Shown here: piece by piece, positions 7,033 through 17,900 of the stretch
Numbering within the stretch: position 1 is the stretch's first letter
How the letters are laid out: every line of letters begins with the position of its first letter
Source: Bacteroidales bacterium
GTDB taxonomy: Bacteria > Bacteroidota > Bacteroidia > Bacteroidales > ML635J-15
Assembly: GCA_017617125.1 (NCBI GenBank)
Contig: JAFZWY010000052.1
Coordinates: forward strand, 1,528 to 65,527
Length of the DNA stretch: 64,000 nucleotides
Reading direction: 5' to 3'
Made by a program: the position numbers and the translations under genes
Notes under the pieces: model-generated
What the model saw: the letters and a program-made list of their open reading frames with translations, nothing else
What the model was told of the DNA's origin: nothing
The model's database searches: none

Positions 7033-8667
7033 TTAGAATTTTTCATCGTATTTTGTCCAAAGGAAGTCGCCGAGTTTCCATGCTTTGTCAACTACCTTTT
7101 GTCCCCACATGTTTGAATATTCGGTCAGTTTTGCAATTGCTTCCTTACGACCGTTCTTCTTGTCCATCAGGGTTTTGACTTCGTTTTCAATGTTCTTCTG
7201 GTTGTCAAATAGCTCTTTTTGCCATGGAATCCACACTGCGTCAACCACGTCCTTGCGCATGTCGCCCCAGCGCTGGTGAGTGAGCGTGCCTAGCCTGTTG
7301 AAAGCCCACCATGCCGATTCCTGAGTGTAACCGTTTGGACGTCCGGGTGTCTCGTAGCATTTTGGTAGTTGGGTTATTTGTGGATAAAACGGCACGTAAA
7401 TCGATGTTGCGACATTGTCGAGGGCAATCCAAGCCACACCGCCTATTTCGTCGGGCAGCCACGAGCGGCATTGCAAGATGGTGGCGTACATTGTGTACCA
7501 ACGTGCTATCGTACGTTCGCCTAGCATTTCGATTTTGCCAGTTTTCGAATCAACATCGTACCAAGAGCCGCGAACGTTCTCAATTTTCATTTGGTCGTAA
7601 GGCATTTGTGGATTTGCCATCGGCGAAATCACTTCGTTGCCGTTTTTGTCGGTGACTGTGAGTGCGTGGGTAATGTCGTATGGCGTGCCTTCGTAGTAGT
7701 CGCGGAAAATCATCGAAAGTTGCTCGATAGTCACTGGTTTGTCGGGTTTTACCGAAAATGGATAGTCCTTGTCGTTGGCGTCGAGTTTAAGAGAAGGTGC
7801 TACGAGGTCGAAAACGCGCCATTCGCGGCGACGTGCGGCTATGCTGTTGCGGCTTTCGGGAGCGTAGGCGTGGCAGAACTCAAAGTCGGCTTCCGATTTG
7901 CACCAGCCCGAATCCAAAGCCATCTTGAAGATGTTTTCGCTTGCCATAAACATGTCGCTGTTGCTGAGGTCTATGTGTTTGATAGTGCTGGCGTTGGCAT
8001 TTACGGCAACGTGGTCGTCGGGGACGCGTTGTGCAACCCAGATTCCACCTTTCTTGCCTTTGCCGGGACCAATTATTTCAAGGTGCCAAACTTCGTTTTT
8101 GTCGGCTATTGTGAGGCACTCGCCGACATCAATCCAGCCGTATTCCTTTATAAGTTCGCCTGCGAGCTTTATGGCTTCGCGGGCTGAAGAACAACGTTCG
8201 AGCATCAGTTGGCAGAGTTGTGTGCAGTCGATGATGCCGTTTTCGGAAACTAACGACTTGCGTCCGCCAAAGGTCGATTCGCCAATGCCGAGCTGCTTTT
8301 CGTTCATGCAGGGGTAGGCGGTGTTTATATAGCGGTATGTGTGTGCAACCTGCGGAATTTCACCAACTTCCTCAAATTCGTATGTTGGCATTGCGTAGAT
8401 GTTTTTCGACACACGCTTGTATATTTTCTTAGTTGCGCCTTTGGGATAGTCTCTTGCCGGCTCAATGTTGAATTCCGATTTCGAACGGTGGCTGTCGTCG
8501 GTGTGCGAGGTGAATACCGAGCCATCGGCACTGGCTTTTTTGCCAACAGTTATGCTTGTGCAACCGTCGGGGTAGTTGCCAACCCAGTCGGTGTAATCAA
8601 TTTGTGCGGATGCGATGGTTGCCGAAATGGTGCAAACGATTATTGCTGTGAGGAATTTTTGAGTCAT
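7033..8667 (-). CDS. C69-family dipeptidase, exported
   Basis: Signal peptide followed by DGCTSITVGKKASADGSVFTSHTDD, the typical N-terminal nucleophile Cys region of peptidase C69. The length (544 aa) is typical for the family. Confidence 0.85.
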   Translation of the reverse strand: MTQKFLTAIIVCTISATIASAQIDYTDWVGNYPDGCTSITVGKKASADGSVFTSHTDDSHRSKSEFNIEPARDYPKGATKKIYKRVSKNIYAMPTYEFEEVGEIPQVAHTYRYINTAYPCMNEKQLGIGESTFGGRKSLVSENGIIDCTQLCQLMLERCSSAREAIKLAGELIKEYGWIDVGECLTIADKNEVWHLEIIGPGKGKKGGIWVAQRVPDDHVAVNANASTIKHIDLSNSDMFMASENIFKMALDSGWCKSEADFEFCHAYAPESRNSIAARRREWRVFDLVAPSLKLDANDKDYPFSVKPDKPVTIEQLSMIFRDYYEGTPYDITHALTVTDKNGNEVISPMANPQMPYDQMKIENVRGSWYDVDSKTGKIEMLGERTIARWYTMYATILQCRSWLPDEIGGVAWIALDNVATSIYVPFYPQITQLPKCYETPGRPNGYTQESAWWAFNRLGTLTHQRWGDMRKDVVDAVWIPWQKELFDNQKNIENEVKTLMDKKNGRKEAIAKLTEYSNMWGQKVVDKAWKLGDFLWTKYDEKF

Positions 8668-8680
8668 TGTTTTGATATTA

Positions 8681-9319
8681 TTATTTATTCTGGGAGTTAC
8701 GATAATTAGCTCTTGCGTTGTACATTTGTTCTTTTATCCCACCCTCGGTAACAAAGCGATTCTGCATTGTTATTAATAATTTGTGTAATAAATAAGTTGC
8801 TTGATGGATAAGCGTAATGCAAAGATTGGATATTTCTTCATCGTTCAATCGTTTTATTTGTTGTGCATAGTCCTGCATAATTTTTTCGCTACGAGCGTAT
8901 TGGCGAAGTGCGTCGTATCTTGGATGTAGTTGACCCCATTGTTGCAAGTTGCGTACACGCAGGTAATCTTCGTAGTCGGTTAATAGCTCTTCCAAACTTG
9001 CCTTTGCAACATTAGTCAATTTTATTTCTGTTTCACTTGATGTAGCCGCGGCTTGGTTGCCTTCGGCAATGTTTTGTTTGCCGCTGCGAGCAGCTTGAAC
9101 CATTTGGTCTATAGTACGGTCTCCTCTGTGTAAATATTTTTGTGTAAAATAGTATGTGATATCGTAGATTATTTCTGTTATTTGATAAACTCGCAGATTG
9201 CGGTAGTGTCCGTGTTGTGGAAGAAAGATGTTTGCAGTGTTGTCTTTCGGAATATTCTGAGCATTCAGACTATCCCGTACAGACATATCATTTTTATTAT
9301 TTTTATCGTTTGGGACCAT
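8681..9319 (-). CDS. Four-helix-bundle protein (23S rRNA intervening-sequence protein family, with suffix domain)
   Basis: LRVYQITEIIYDITYYFTQKYL...QMVQAARSGKQNIAEG is the family signature. The track start at 9343 is a TTG lying inside a -7 box. ATG at 9319 is preferred; ATG at 9286 is also possible. Confidence 0.6.
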   Translation of the reverse strand: MVPNDKNNKNDMSVRDSLNAQNIPKDNTANIFLPQHGHYRNLRVYQITEIIYDITYYFTQKYLHRGDRTIDQMVQAARSGKQNIAEGNQAAATSSETEIKLTNVAKASLEELLTDYEDYLRVRNLQQWGQLHPRYDALRQYARSEKIMQDYAQQIKRLNDEEISNLCITLIHQATYLLHKLLITMQNRFVTEGGIKEQMYNARANYRNSQNK

Positions 9320-9340
9320 TTGTCTTGTATTTTTGTACTG

Positions 9341-9348
9341 CAAAAATA
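9341..9348 (-). promoter_or_regulatory. -7 box (TAttTTTG on minus strand)
   Basis: CAAAAATA on the plus strand, 22 nt upstream of the ATG at 9319. Confidence 0.4.
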
Positions 9349-9407
9349 CGAACTTCTTTTGTTTCTAATCTATATTTTGTTTTGAGTTTTCAACATAAAA
9401 CTAAAAC

Positions 9408-9441
9408 AAAAAACGCAGGCTTGGGCGGCCTGCGTTTTTTT
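9408..9441 (-). terminator. Bidirectional hairpin terminator after the acyl-CoA ligase gene
   Basis: Stem CGCAGGC / GCCTGCG with a 7-nt loop, an A-run on the left and a T7 run on the right. Confidence 0.65.
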
Positions 9442-9467
9442 CATTCATTAGGAGTTTGTTGTTGTGT

Positions 9468-11087
9468 TTATTCATATAAGTATCGTTTGATACTCTTTTT
9501 AGGAGTCTTTTCGAATTCTTCGTTGCGAACCTGTATTCTGTTTATTTGCATATAGGCTGGCATTTCCGAATTAATTTGTTTCTGGTATTCTGCAAGTTCG
9601 GTTTCGATCTGTTCCGACGACATTCCCTTGGTGAGGTCTGGGTTCGGGTAGATAATCGATACAATCTTAGCGGCACGGCTTACAACTACGCATTCCGAAA
9701 CCAATGGGAAGTTGCAGAGTCTCGATTCGATTTCTTCTGGATATACATTCTGTCCTGAGCTGGTGAGAATCATGGTCTTGCTACGACCCTTGAGCGAAAT
9801 GAAGCCTTCGTTGTTGATAATTCCGAGGTCACCAGTATGAAGCCAGCCTTCAGAGTCGAGTGCTCTTGCGGTTTCTTCTGGGTTCTTGTAGTAGCCCGAC
9901 ATTATGTTTTCGCCACGGAGAAGGATTTCTCCAATCTTGCCAGGAGCGCTCGATTCTACCTTTGCTTCGAGGCAGTCAACCAGCTTGCCTGCTGCATACA
10001 TTGGGTTGGTCTTCCAGCTGCTGTATGCAACCAGTGGTCCGCATTCGGTCATACCGTAACCTACTGTGAAGCGGAATCCTATCTTCTTGAGGAAGGTTTC
10101 TACTTCGCGGTTAACCTTTGCGCCACCGAGGATGAGTTCGATGAAGTTTCCTCCGAATGCGTCTTCGAGGGTCTTGCGGATCTTGCGGTAGATGAGACTG
10201 CGGATTCCCGGAACTTTTGTCATGAACTTAACCGCCGGCTTTTCGAGTGTGGGCTTAATCTTGCCTTTGTATATCTTTTCGAGGATCAGCGGAACCGAAA
10301 GTATAAGTCTTGGCTTGTATTCGCCGAAAGCCTTTAATATTATTTGTGGCGACGGCAACTTGCCGAGGAATACAATGTGGCAGCCTTCGGTAAGAGGGTA
10401 GAGGAAGTCGAATGCACAGCCGTAGCAGTGTGCAAGCGGCAGGAACGATACCAGCTTGTCGCCGCTTACGAGGAACATGTTCTCGCGTGCGAACTTAATG
10501 TTTGCTGCCAAGGCGTTGAGTGTTAGCATTACACCTTTCGGCTTGCCTGATGTGCCTGATGTGTAGAGGATTACGCCAAGCTTGTCGTTTGGAATTGCTG
10601 GCAATGTGAAGTCCTTTGCCGAAACTTCGGGCATGTTCTTGTCGAAATTGTGCTTTTCGCCGTTGCGTACGAAATATGACTCGAAGTTGTCGAGTTTGAA
10701 GATTTCTTCGAGCAAGGTGAAATTGCTGACATCCATTTTATTTAATATGTATTCCGAAACAAATGCTATGCGTGCGTCGGAGTGGTTTGTCAGCGCATAT
10801 ATATCTTTAGGTGTGAAGTCCTGAAGCAGAGGAACGATTACTGCTCCGTAGGTAGTTGCTGCGAGATATACGCAACCCCAGTTTACAGAGTTCTTGCCTA
10901 CAACTATAATCTTGTCGCCCTCATTTATACCACAGTCCTTAAATAATTTGTGTAATCTGAGGATGTTATTTCCTAAAGTTCCGTAGGTAATTGCGGATTC
11001 TTTATTGTCGTAATCTTGAAGTGATGGGAGGTCCCAGTTTTTTACAATAGTGTTCTTGTAATAATCAACGAATAATTCCTTTATCAT
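9468..11087 (-). CDS. AMP-dependent long-chain acyl-CoA synthetase/ligase
   Basis: Adenylate-forming motifs ILYTSGTSGKPKGVML, GYGMTE and TGDLG are present. 539 aa. Confidence 0.85.
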   Translation of the reverse strand: MIKELFVDYYKNTIVKNWDLPSLQDYDNKESAITYGTLGNNILRLHKLFKDCGINEGDKIIVVGKNSVNWGCVYLAATTYGAVIVPLLQDFTPKDIYALTNHSDARIAFVSEYILNKMDVSNFTLLEEIFKLDNFESYFVRNGEKHNFDKNMPEVSAKDFTLPAIPNDKLGVILYTSGTSGKPKGVMLTLNALAANIKFARENMFLVSGDKLVSFLPLAHCYGCAFDFLYPLTEGCHIVFLGKLPSPQIILKAFGEYKPRLILSVPLILEKIYKGKIKPTLEKPAVKFMTKVPGIRSLIYRKIRKTLEDAFGGNFIELILGGAKVNREVETFLKKIGFRFTVGYGMTECGPLVAYSSWKTNPMYAAGKLVDCLEAKVESSAPGKIGEILLRGENIMSGYYKNPEETARALDSEGWLHTGDLGIINNEGFISLKGRSKTMILTSSGQNVYPEEIESRLCNFPLVSECVVVSRAAKIVSIIYPNPDLTKGMSSEQIETELAEYQKQINSEMPAYMQINRIQVRNEEFEKTPKKSIKRYLYE

Positions 11088-11213
11088 TTCAATAATTTTT
11101 TAATTGTTCGGTTTGTTTTTGAAAATTTTGTGATGCAAAGAAACGGACTATAAATATACTGCTAAAATAAATGTGGTAACGGGGTGTGTGGCAGGTTTAA
11201 AACTGCGTTTTTA

Positions 11214-11310
11214 GGGGTGAAATTTTTCTATGAGGGGTGAAATTGTTTCGGTGGGGCGAAATTTTTAGGGCTTTCAGGGGTGAAATTTTGTATGCTGTGG
11301 GGAAGAAATT
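11214..11310 (+). repeat. Five phased direct repeats of GGGGTGAAATT (iteron-like array)
   Basis: Copies start at 11214, 11234, 11253 (GGGGCGAAATT), 11277 and 11299 (GGGGAAGAAATT), giving spacings of 20, 19, 24 and 22 nt. A weaker sixth copy, GGGAATCTGAAATT, lies at 11333. Confidence 0.85.
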
Positions 11311-11376
11311 TGGAAAATGAATCGGGATATGTGGGAATCTGAAATTCGGCGTCTTTGCCTGAATTATTTTTGGATT

Positions 11377-11705
11377 CTATATACATGTTGACTAATCCTT
11401 TTAGTCATTACTCGCAAGCTTCGTGAACCGTGTTTCCGCAAAACAGAACGAACAGCATAAGGTACGTTGCTTGAGAGTTCGTTTATGCGGTACCTTTAGC
11501 TCGGCGGAGCCAATCTCCTACAGAAACGTTTTCAATTGGAGATTGTTCGCTTTGCTTCACGAGGCTGTGCGTTCCGCACAGTTGAACAATATTACGCTCC
11601 CCGTTCCGTATCGCGTTATTGTTCTAACTTGTGGAACCTTTAGCTCGCGCAGTGAAACAGGCAATGACGGAAGAGAGTCTTAAATTTTAGTCAACTTGTA
11701 TATAG
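11377..11705. repeat. 329-bp palindromic element bounded by 19-bp inverted repeats (MITE-like or candidate invertible segment); its core is copy 2 of the 6818-7009 repeat family
   Basis: CTATATACATGTTGACTAA at 11377-11395 versus the reverse complement of TTAGTCAACTTGTATATAG at 11687-11705 (18/19 match). The interior (11404-11667) is itself an imperfect palindrome with a central hairpin CAATCTCC...GGAGATTG. Confidence 0.75.
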
Positions 11706-11740
11706 TTGCCTTATTTTTTGTGTGTGACGTTGCTGTATCT

Positions 11741-11767
11741 GTTGGCACGCAATCATTGCGTGCCAAC
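11741..11767. promoter_or_regulatory. Perfect 27-bp palindrome (13-bp arms, 1-nt centre): candidate operator or hairpin
   Basis: GTTGGCACGCAAT C ATTGCGTGCCAAC, about 225 bp upstream of the giant ORF start. Confidence 0.6.
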
Positions 11768-11890
11768 AATAATTATTAATCATCCATTATTAATTTTCTT
11801 ATTTTCAGTACGTTCGCTTGGTTGTGAAAATTTCTTTATTTTATAAGGTATATTTATTAACTTTTGCTTGTTAATTTGTGCTGTATTTTG

Positions 11891-11898
11891 TAACTTTG
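11891..11898 (+). promoter_or_regulatory. -7 box (TAacTTTG) upstream of giant gene 1
   Basis: The only TAnnTTTG match I found in the ~100 nt immediately upstream of the start (about 11890-11992; the rest of the interval after the palindromic element was not scanned base by base). It lies 95 nt before the ATG at 11993. Confidence 0.4.
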
Positions 11899-11992
11899 CA
11901 CGTTTTTATTTTGAATTTGAGAAGGTATTTTGTATAAATAATGGATTTGTAAATCCTTGATTTATAGGTTGAAATAAATAATTTCTATAGAT

Positions 11993-14900
11993 ATGAGAAG
12001 AAAAATACGCTTTGGTATTTTGCTAATGATGGCTGTGACGCTATCGAGTGTTACTGCCTTGGGTCAAATTTTTGAGAACTATAGGTTCGACACGGGAACA
12101 ACAACTTCGTGGAATGCCGTAACCGATGAACTTATAGGTTCGGGTGTGGATGACGGTGTTTCGGCAGTGACCGACATTGGTTTTACGTTTTATTATGACG
12201 GTGTCCCTTATACACAGTTTTCGGTGAACTCCAATGGTAATCTGAAACTTGGTAGTGAAGTTATAGCTTCTGGTGGTTATTCTTCTCCATTGGGGAGTAA
12301 TTATACCACTAATGCCCCGAAGATTGTTGGTGTAGGAAGAGATTGTAGTACTGGTGCCGCCGGTTATGTGAAGACTGGATATACTGGGAATAATAACAAT
12401 AAGATAAGGACAGTCGATTTCCTTCTTCATAAAACTGCTTCGTCATCGGGAACCGATTATATTCAATTCCAAATCCTTTTGTTCCAGGGGTCTAATGAAA
12501 TTAGAATTGTGTATTCAAAAGATACGGCTCATCAAAGTGTGCCGTCCTCATATCAGATCGGTTTGGTAAATGCCGATGCTAGCAAGATGTGGGTGGTAAA
12601 TCCTAGCACTCACGAAGCAAGCTATTTTACTTCTGCAAATAGCTCTACGTATTCGGTATTCCCGGGAACTGGACGATACTATTCGTTTATTCCCGACCCG
12701 TTGAAGACTATCGGCGCGGCAACATCGCTTCCTTATGCCTGCGATTTCGAGAATACTACCGAAAATGGCAGGTGGGCGTTCGGTAACTCTGTTGACGGAT
12801 GGAGTATTGGTTCTGCAACAAACAATGGCGGATCAAAATCGCTCTATGTGTCGAATGATGGGGGAACAACAAACGCTTATAACAGTGCTACTCAGTTTAT
12901 TTATGCTATTAGAGCCTTGAATGTCCAAGCTACTGGAACTTATACGGTTTCATACAATTGGAAATGTCAGGGTGAAAACGGTTATGATTTTTTACGTGCG
13001 TTTCTTGTACCTGCCTCATTGTCTCCTAATTTGTCGGGATATACGCAGGTGTATGCTAATAACATTACAAAGACATCATATCCAAGCGGATGGATTTCCA
13101 TTGATGGAGAGACTTATCTAGGACGACAGACCGAATGGCAGACGATTTCTCAAACGGTAACACTGTCATCAACAGGAACCTACTATCTTGTATTTTATTG
13201 GAGAAGCGATGGTTCGAATCAGGGTGGCGACTACAATCCTCCTGCTGCTGTCGATAATGTAAGTGTGAGGTATTTGCCTGTGGCGGCTTCTGTTCCTTAT
13301 ACATGCAATTTCGAAACCGCTTCCGAAAACAGCAAATGGACTCTTGCAAACGGCTTGCAGACAAACTACTGGATGATAGGAGGCTCAACTTATAACAGCT
13401 CGTCAAATTCGTTGTATATTACCAACGATGGGTCGTCAAACAGCTATACAATAGCATCGGCAATTTCTTATGTATATGCATATAGGAATCTTACATTTGC
13501 TAGTGCTGGCGACTATGTGGTTTCGTTTAAATGGAAAGGATATGGCGAGGGCAACTATGACTACTTGCGTGCTTTCCTTGTTCCGGCTTCGGTCGAAACC
13601 CTTGATGCTGGAAATACCAATAGTATATCAACAGCGAATACTCCTACGGATTGGATTGCGGTGGATGGCGGTTCTAAACTGAACGTGCAATCCGGTTGGC
13701 AAGTAAATTCACAGACTGTAAATGTCCCGACTGCTGGCGAATACAACCTTGTGTTCTATTGGCGGAACGACAATTCGCAAGGAACCCAACCGCCAGTTGC
13801 TATCGACGACATAGAGGTGGCTGCGCCATGTACTGCTACAGCAACAGTGCTTGCCGACGTTCAAGGTTCTTCATCTGTGATTATCAATCGCACTAATGGC
13901 AGCGACGGCGACTATCAGCTTCTTATTACATCATCTACCGACCCTACAACGGCAACCGAAACACCACTCATGATGACTTCGTCAAGCATGACAATAACCG
14001 GTCTCGCTGAACATACTTATTACAACTACTACATTCGTAGCTATTGTAGCGAATACAGGGTAGGCGAGTGGAGCAGCCGTAGAGGATTCTGGACTCGTCA
14101 TGTTCCTACAACCATTCCATATACCTGCGATTTTGAAAATTCTACCGAAAATTCTAAGTGGGTCTTGGCAAACGATGGTCAGGCAAACACTTGGGAAATA
14201 GGAGGTTATACATATAGTAGCGCCTCTAATTCGTTGTATATCACTGGTGGAGAAGGTGAATATGAATACAATTATACAGGAATTGCCAATGTGTATGCAT
14301 ATAGGAATATTAACTTTACAAGTGCTGGCGACTATGTGGTTTCGTTCAAGTGGAAAGGATATGGCGAGGGCAACTACGACTTCATGCGTGCTTTCCTTGT
14401 TCCAGTATCTGTTCAAACGCTTGTCGCTGCAAATACTAGTGGCATAACTACAACGAATACTCCTTCGGGATGGATTGCTGTAGATGGCGGTTCCAAATTG
14501 AATTTGCAATCCGACTGGCAGGTATGTTCGCATACCGTAACAGTTCCAACTGCTGGTGAGTACTATCTTGCGTTCTATTGGAGAAACAACACTAGTTCAG
14601 GAACTCAGCCTCCAGCAGCTGTCGATGACATAGAGGTGGATACTCCTTGTACTGCTTCTGCCGCAATAACAGCCAGTGCAGATGGCTACACTTCGGCGAC
14701 GATCACCCGTACCTCGGGTAGTGGAATAAAGTACGAAATTCTTGTCTCCACTTCGTCCGACCCCGATGCAGCAACCGAAACACCTGTCGAGATGACTTCA
14801 ACGACACAAGCCGTAACAAATTTGACCGAGGGAACTCAGTACTACGCATTTATCCGTAGCTATTGCTCCGAATACAGACCGGGTCCATGGAGTTCTCCTG

Positions 14901-17900
14901 TAAGCTTCGAAACCGAATCGGCTTTCCGTTTGCCTTACTATCAGGATTTTGAGAGCGGAGTGGCTGATGGCTGGACTTTGAGTGTCGGCTCGTATGGCTC
15001 AAACGATTGGCATGTAGGTTCATCAACAGCAAACGAAAGTGAATATTCAATGTATATATCTCAATATGGGATTGGAAATTCTTATGATAATGTAACATCA
15101 AATTCGTATGCGTATTGTAAGTTGTTAGTTGAAGAATCGGGTCTTATTAATGTGGCATTTGATTGGAAGGCAAATGGTGAAGCCAATTATGATGTACTTC
15201 GTGCATTTATGGTGCCTGTTTCTGCAAATCCTGTGTTTGAAGGGGATAATGGAATGGCTGGTAGTTTGAACACCGCTCCAGACGGTTGGATTGAGGCTTC
15301 TCAATACAATTCTGGAATGATGTACTATAATATAAATTGGCGGCATAGTTCAAAGAATCTGGTACTTTCTGATGCCGGTCAATATTACCTTGTTTTCTTT
15401 TGGAAGAATAATGCAACTAATGCCTCACAGCCACCTGCTGCTGTAGATAACATAAGTGTGGAGTTCTTAACTTCATGCTTGCCGGTTACAAACGTAACAG
15501 CATCTAATATTACTAAGAGGTCTGTGGATTTGTCGTGGACTGCCGGTGGTAGCGAAACACAGTGGCAGGTGCTTGTTGGAACTTCTACGCCCGAAAACTC
15601 TACAGAAACGCCAATGCTTGTAAATACAAATTCTACTACAGTTTCTGGTCTTAATAATACCACATATTATAAAGCATACGTTCGAGCCTACTGTTCCGAA
15701 TCGGACCAGAGTCCATGGAGTTCTGTTTGTAGTTTCAAAACTTTGGATTCGTGCAAGAACGTAAGTGATTTAACTATTACTGAGGTAATGCCAACTACTG
15801 CCACATTAACGTGGACAAGCCCAGATACCGAAGCTTCGCAATGGGAAGTGGTTGTTAATCAATCATCAGAAGCTACAGAGGGAGTTGTCGCTTCTATGGT
15901 TGTAAACAGCACTACTGCAACAATTACAGGGTTGACACCGAGTACAGATTATTATGTGCATGTGCGTTGCGATTGCGGTGAGGATGGTTATTCAAGATGG
16001 ATTACGGAGCATATCACTACTCTCGATGAAGCTATCACTTTGCCATATACCGAGAATTTTGAAGGACAACTTCCTTCTCAATGGGTACTTACCCATGATG
16101 CAACTAACAATTGGTATGTCGGCAGAGCAACGAATAATGGCGGATCGCGAGCTATGTATGTTTCTAATAATGATGGAGCGTCATATAGTTATAACATAGG
16201 ATCAAGTTCCGATTCATACGCCTATTTCTCTTTTGGGGTCGAAGAAACTTGTTTGTTGAATGTTTCGTACGACTGGAAGTGCAATGGAGAGAGTGAATAC
16301 GATTTTGCTCGTGCTTTCGTCGTTCCAATTTCCCTCGGTCCTACGTCTGATGGAATAACATATTATAGTGAGCCAAGTGATTGGATTCCTGTCGATGATG
16401 GGCAGATGGTGGGTTCGGAGTCGTGGACTCGCATGTCGAAAAATGTGCTGTTGGACCCAGGATATTATTATTTGGTATTCTATTGGGAAAATGACGGCTC
16501 TGTGGGCACTCAACCTCCTGCAGCAATCGACAATCTGAGTGTTTCGGTTGCTACTACTTGTATATATAGTACCGATGTAGATGTTTCCGATGAAGGCAAG
16601 ACTACGGCCTATGCTTATTGGGGTGGCGGTAGCGGAAGCGTATCGCACTACGAGATGTTGGTTACTACTGCAAGCAATCCCGACGAGGCAACCGAAACGC
16701 CAATAACTGTGAACACAGATTATTATGAACTTTCCGGACTGGAGCCTGATACTCATTATTATTTATATGTACGTGGCGTTTGCTCTGAGTCGAGCAAGGG
16801 CGTATGGTATAGCACCGACTTTACAACATTGCCTTCGTGCATACCGCTAAGTGGTGTCAACTTTGGTGTAATTACAAAGACCACTATCGAAATGTTTTTG
16901 GAGAACGAAGATCCCGATGCTTCGCAGTGGGAGGTGCTGGTAACGACAGCTTCAAGCATAGAGAATGCAACCGAATCTTCGCATATTGTCGATAACCTTA
17001 ACCCTACAATCGAAGGTTTGACTCCTGGTACGCAATATTCGGTATATGCACGAACCTATTGTTCTGCTACCGACCAGAGCGAATGGCTTTCGGTAGGAAC
17101 CTTTACTACTTCGCCAGCATGTATTGATGTGATGGATGTAACTGTTGATAGCTATGGTAAAACTTGGGTTACTGCATCGTGGACAAATATTGACTCGGAT
17201 GCTACACAGTGGCAGGTGCTGGTATCAACAGCTACAAATGCTACTAATGCAACAGAAGATCCTGTACTTGTAAGTACAAATCCTGCAACTATCGATAATC
17301 TCGAAACGAACACAACATACTATGTGTATGTTCGTGCATATTGTTCCGAATCGGCTCAGAGCGAGTGGGTGAGAAGCAGTTCTTTCAAAACCTATCCGCC
17401 ATGTGTGCCGCCAACCAATATTTCTGCTGTAGTTAATTCTAATGAGGTAAACTTAACATGGAAACATGATTATCTACATTCGATATCTCAAATGTATCAC
17501 TTGTACTTGTCGGAAGTGGAAATGTCAGAGGCAGAATTGAATGCTTTGACTTCGTCAGAGTATATTTCTAGAAACTGCAAAAGACATAATTATTCCGGAC
17601 TAATTGGAGGACAGACATATCATTTGTATTTAAGAGCTGTATGCGTTGAGGGTGATTATAGCGACTGGACTCATTTCCCGTTTACAACTCCAACCGATGA
17701 GGTTATGCCTTTGCCATACTATCAGGATTTTGAGGGTGATATTGTCGAAAATTGGCATCTTGCAAATGGTACTAGTAACAACTGTTGGTTTTTTGGTGCA
17801 GCGGTTGGTAAGGATAGTGATAAATCATTGTATGTTACAAGCTTAAGTTATTCTGATGTGGGTTGGGCTACGGTTTCTGGAACATCGTATGTGTATGCAT

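Noticed and set aside
6794-7039. Direct repeats CATTAT-TTAGAAT (6794-6806) and CATTATAAGTTTAGAAT (7023-7039) as a target-site duplication of the 6818-7009 element
   Set aside because: They are not immediately adjacent to the element termini (11-13 nt away). They overlap the start codon of one gene and the stop codon of the other. They are AT-rich enough to be chance matches.
6819-7091. 90-aa minus-strand ORF between the LysM and C69 genes
   Set aside because: It lies entirely within the palindromic repeat element, overlaps the 3' end of the C69 gene, and its composition reflects the repeat.
11423-11683. 86-aa plus-strand ORF upstream of giant gene 1
   Set aside because: It is contained in the palindromic element (copy 2 of the repeat family). 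It uses a non-ATG (GTG) start and shows no coding-like features.
11741-11767. The palindrome as a bona fide sigma-54 (-24/-12) promoter
   Set aside because: The GG and GC dinucleotides are separated by 12 nt instead of the strictly conserved 10. It is kept only as a resemblance noted in the findings.
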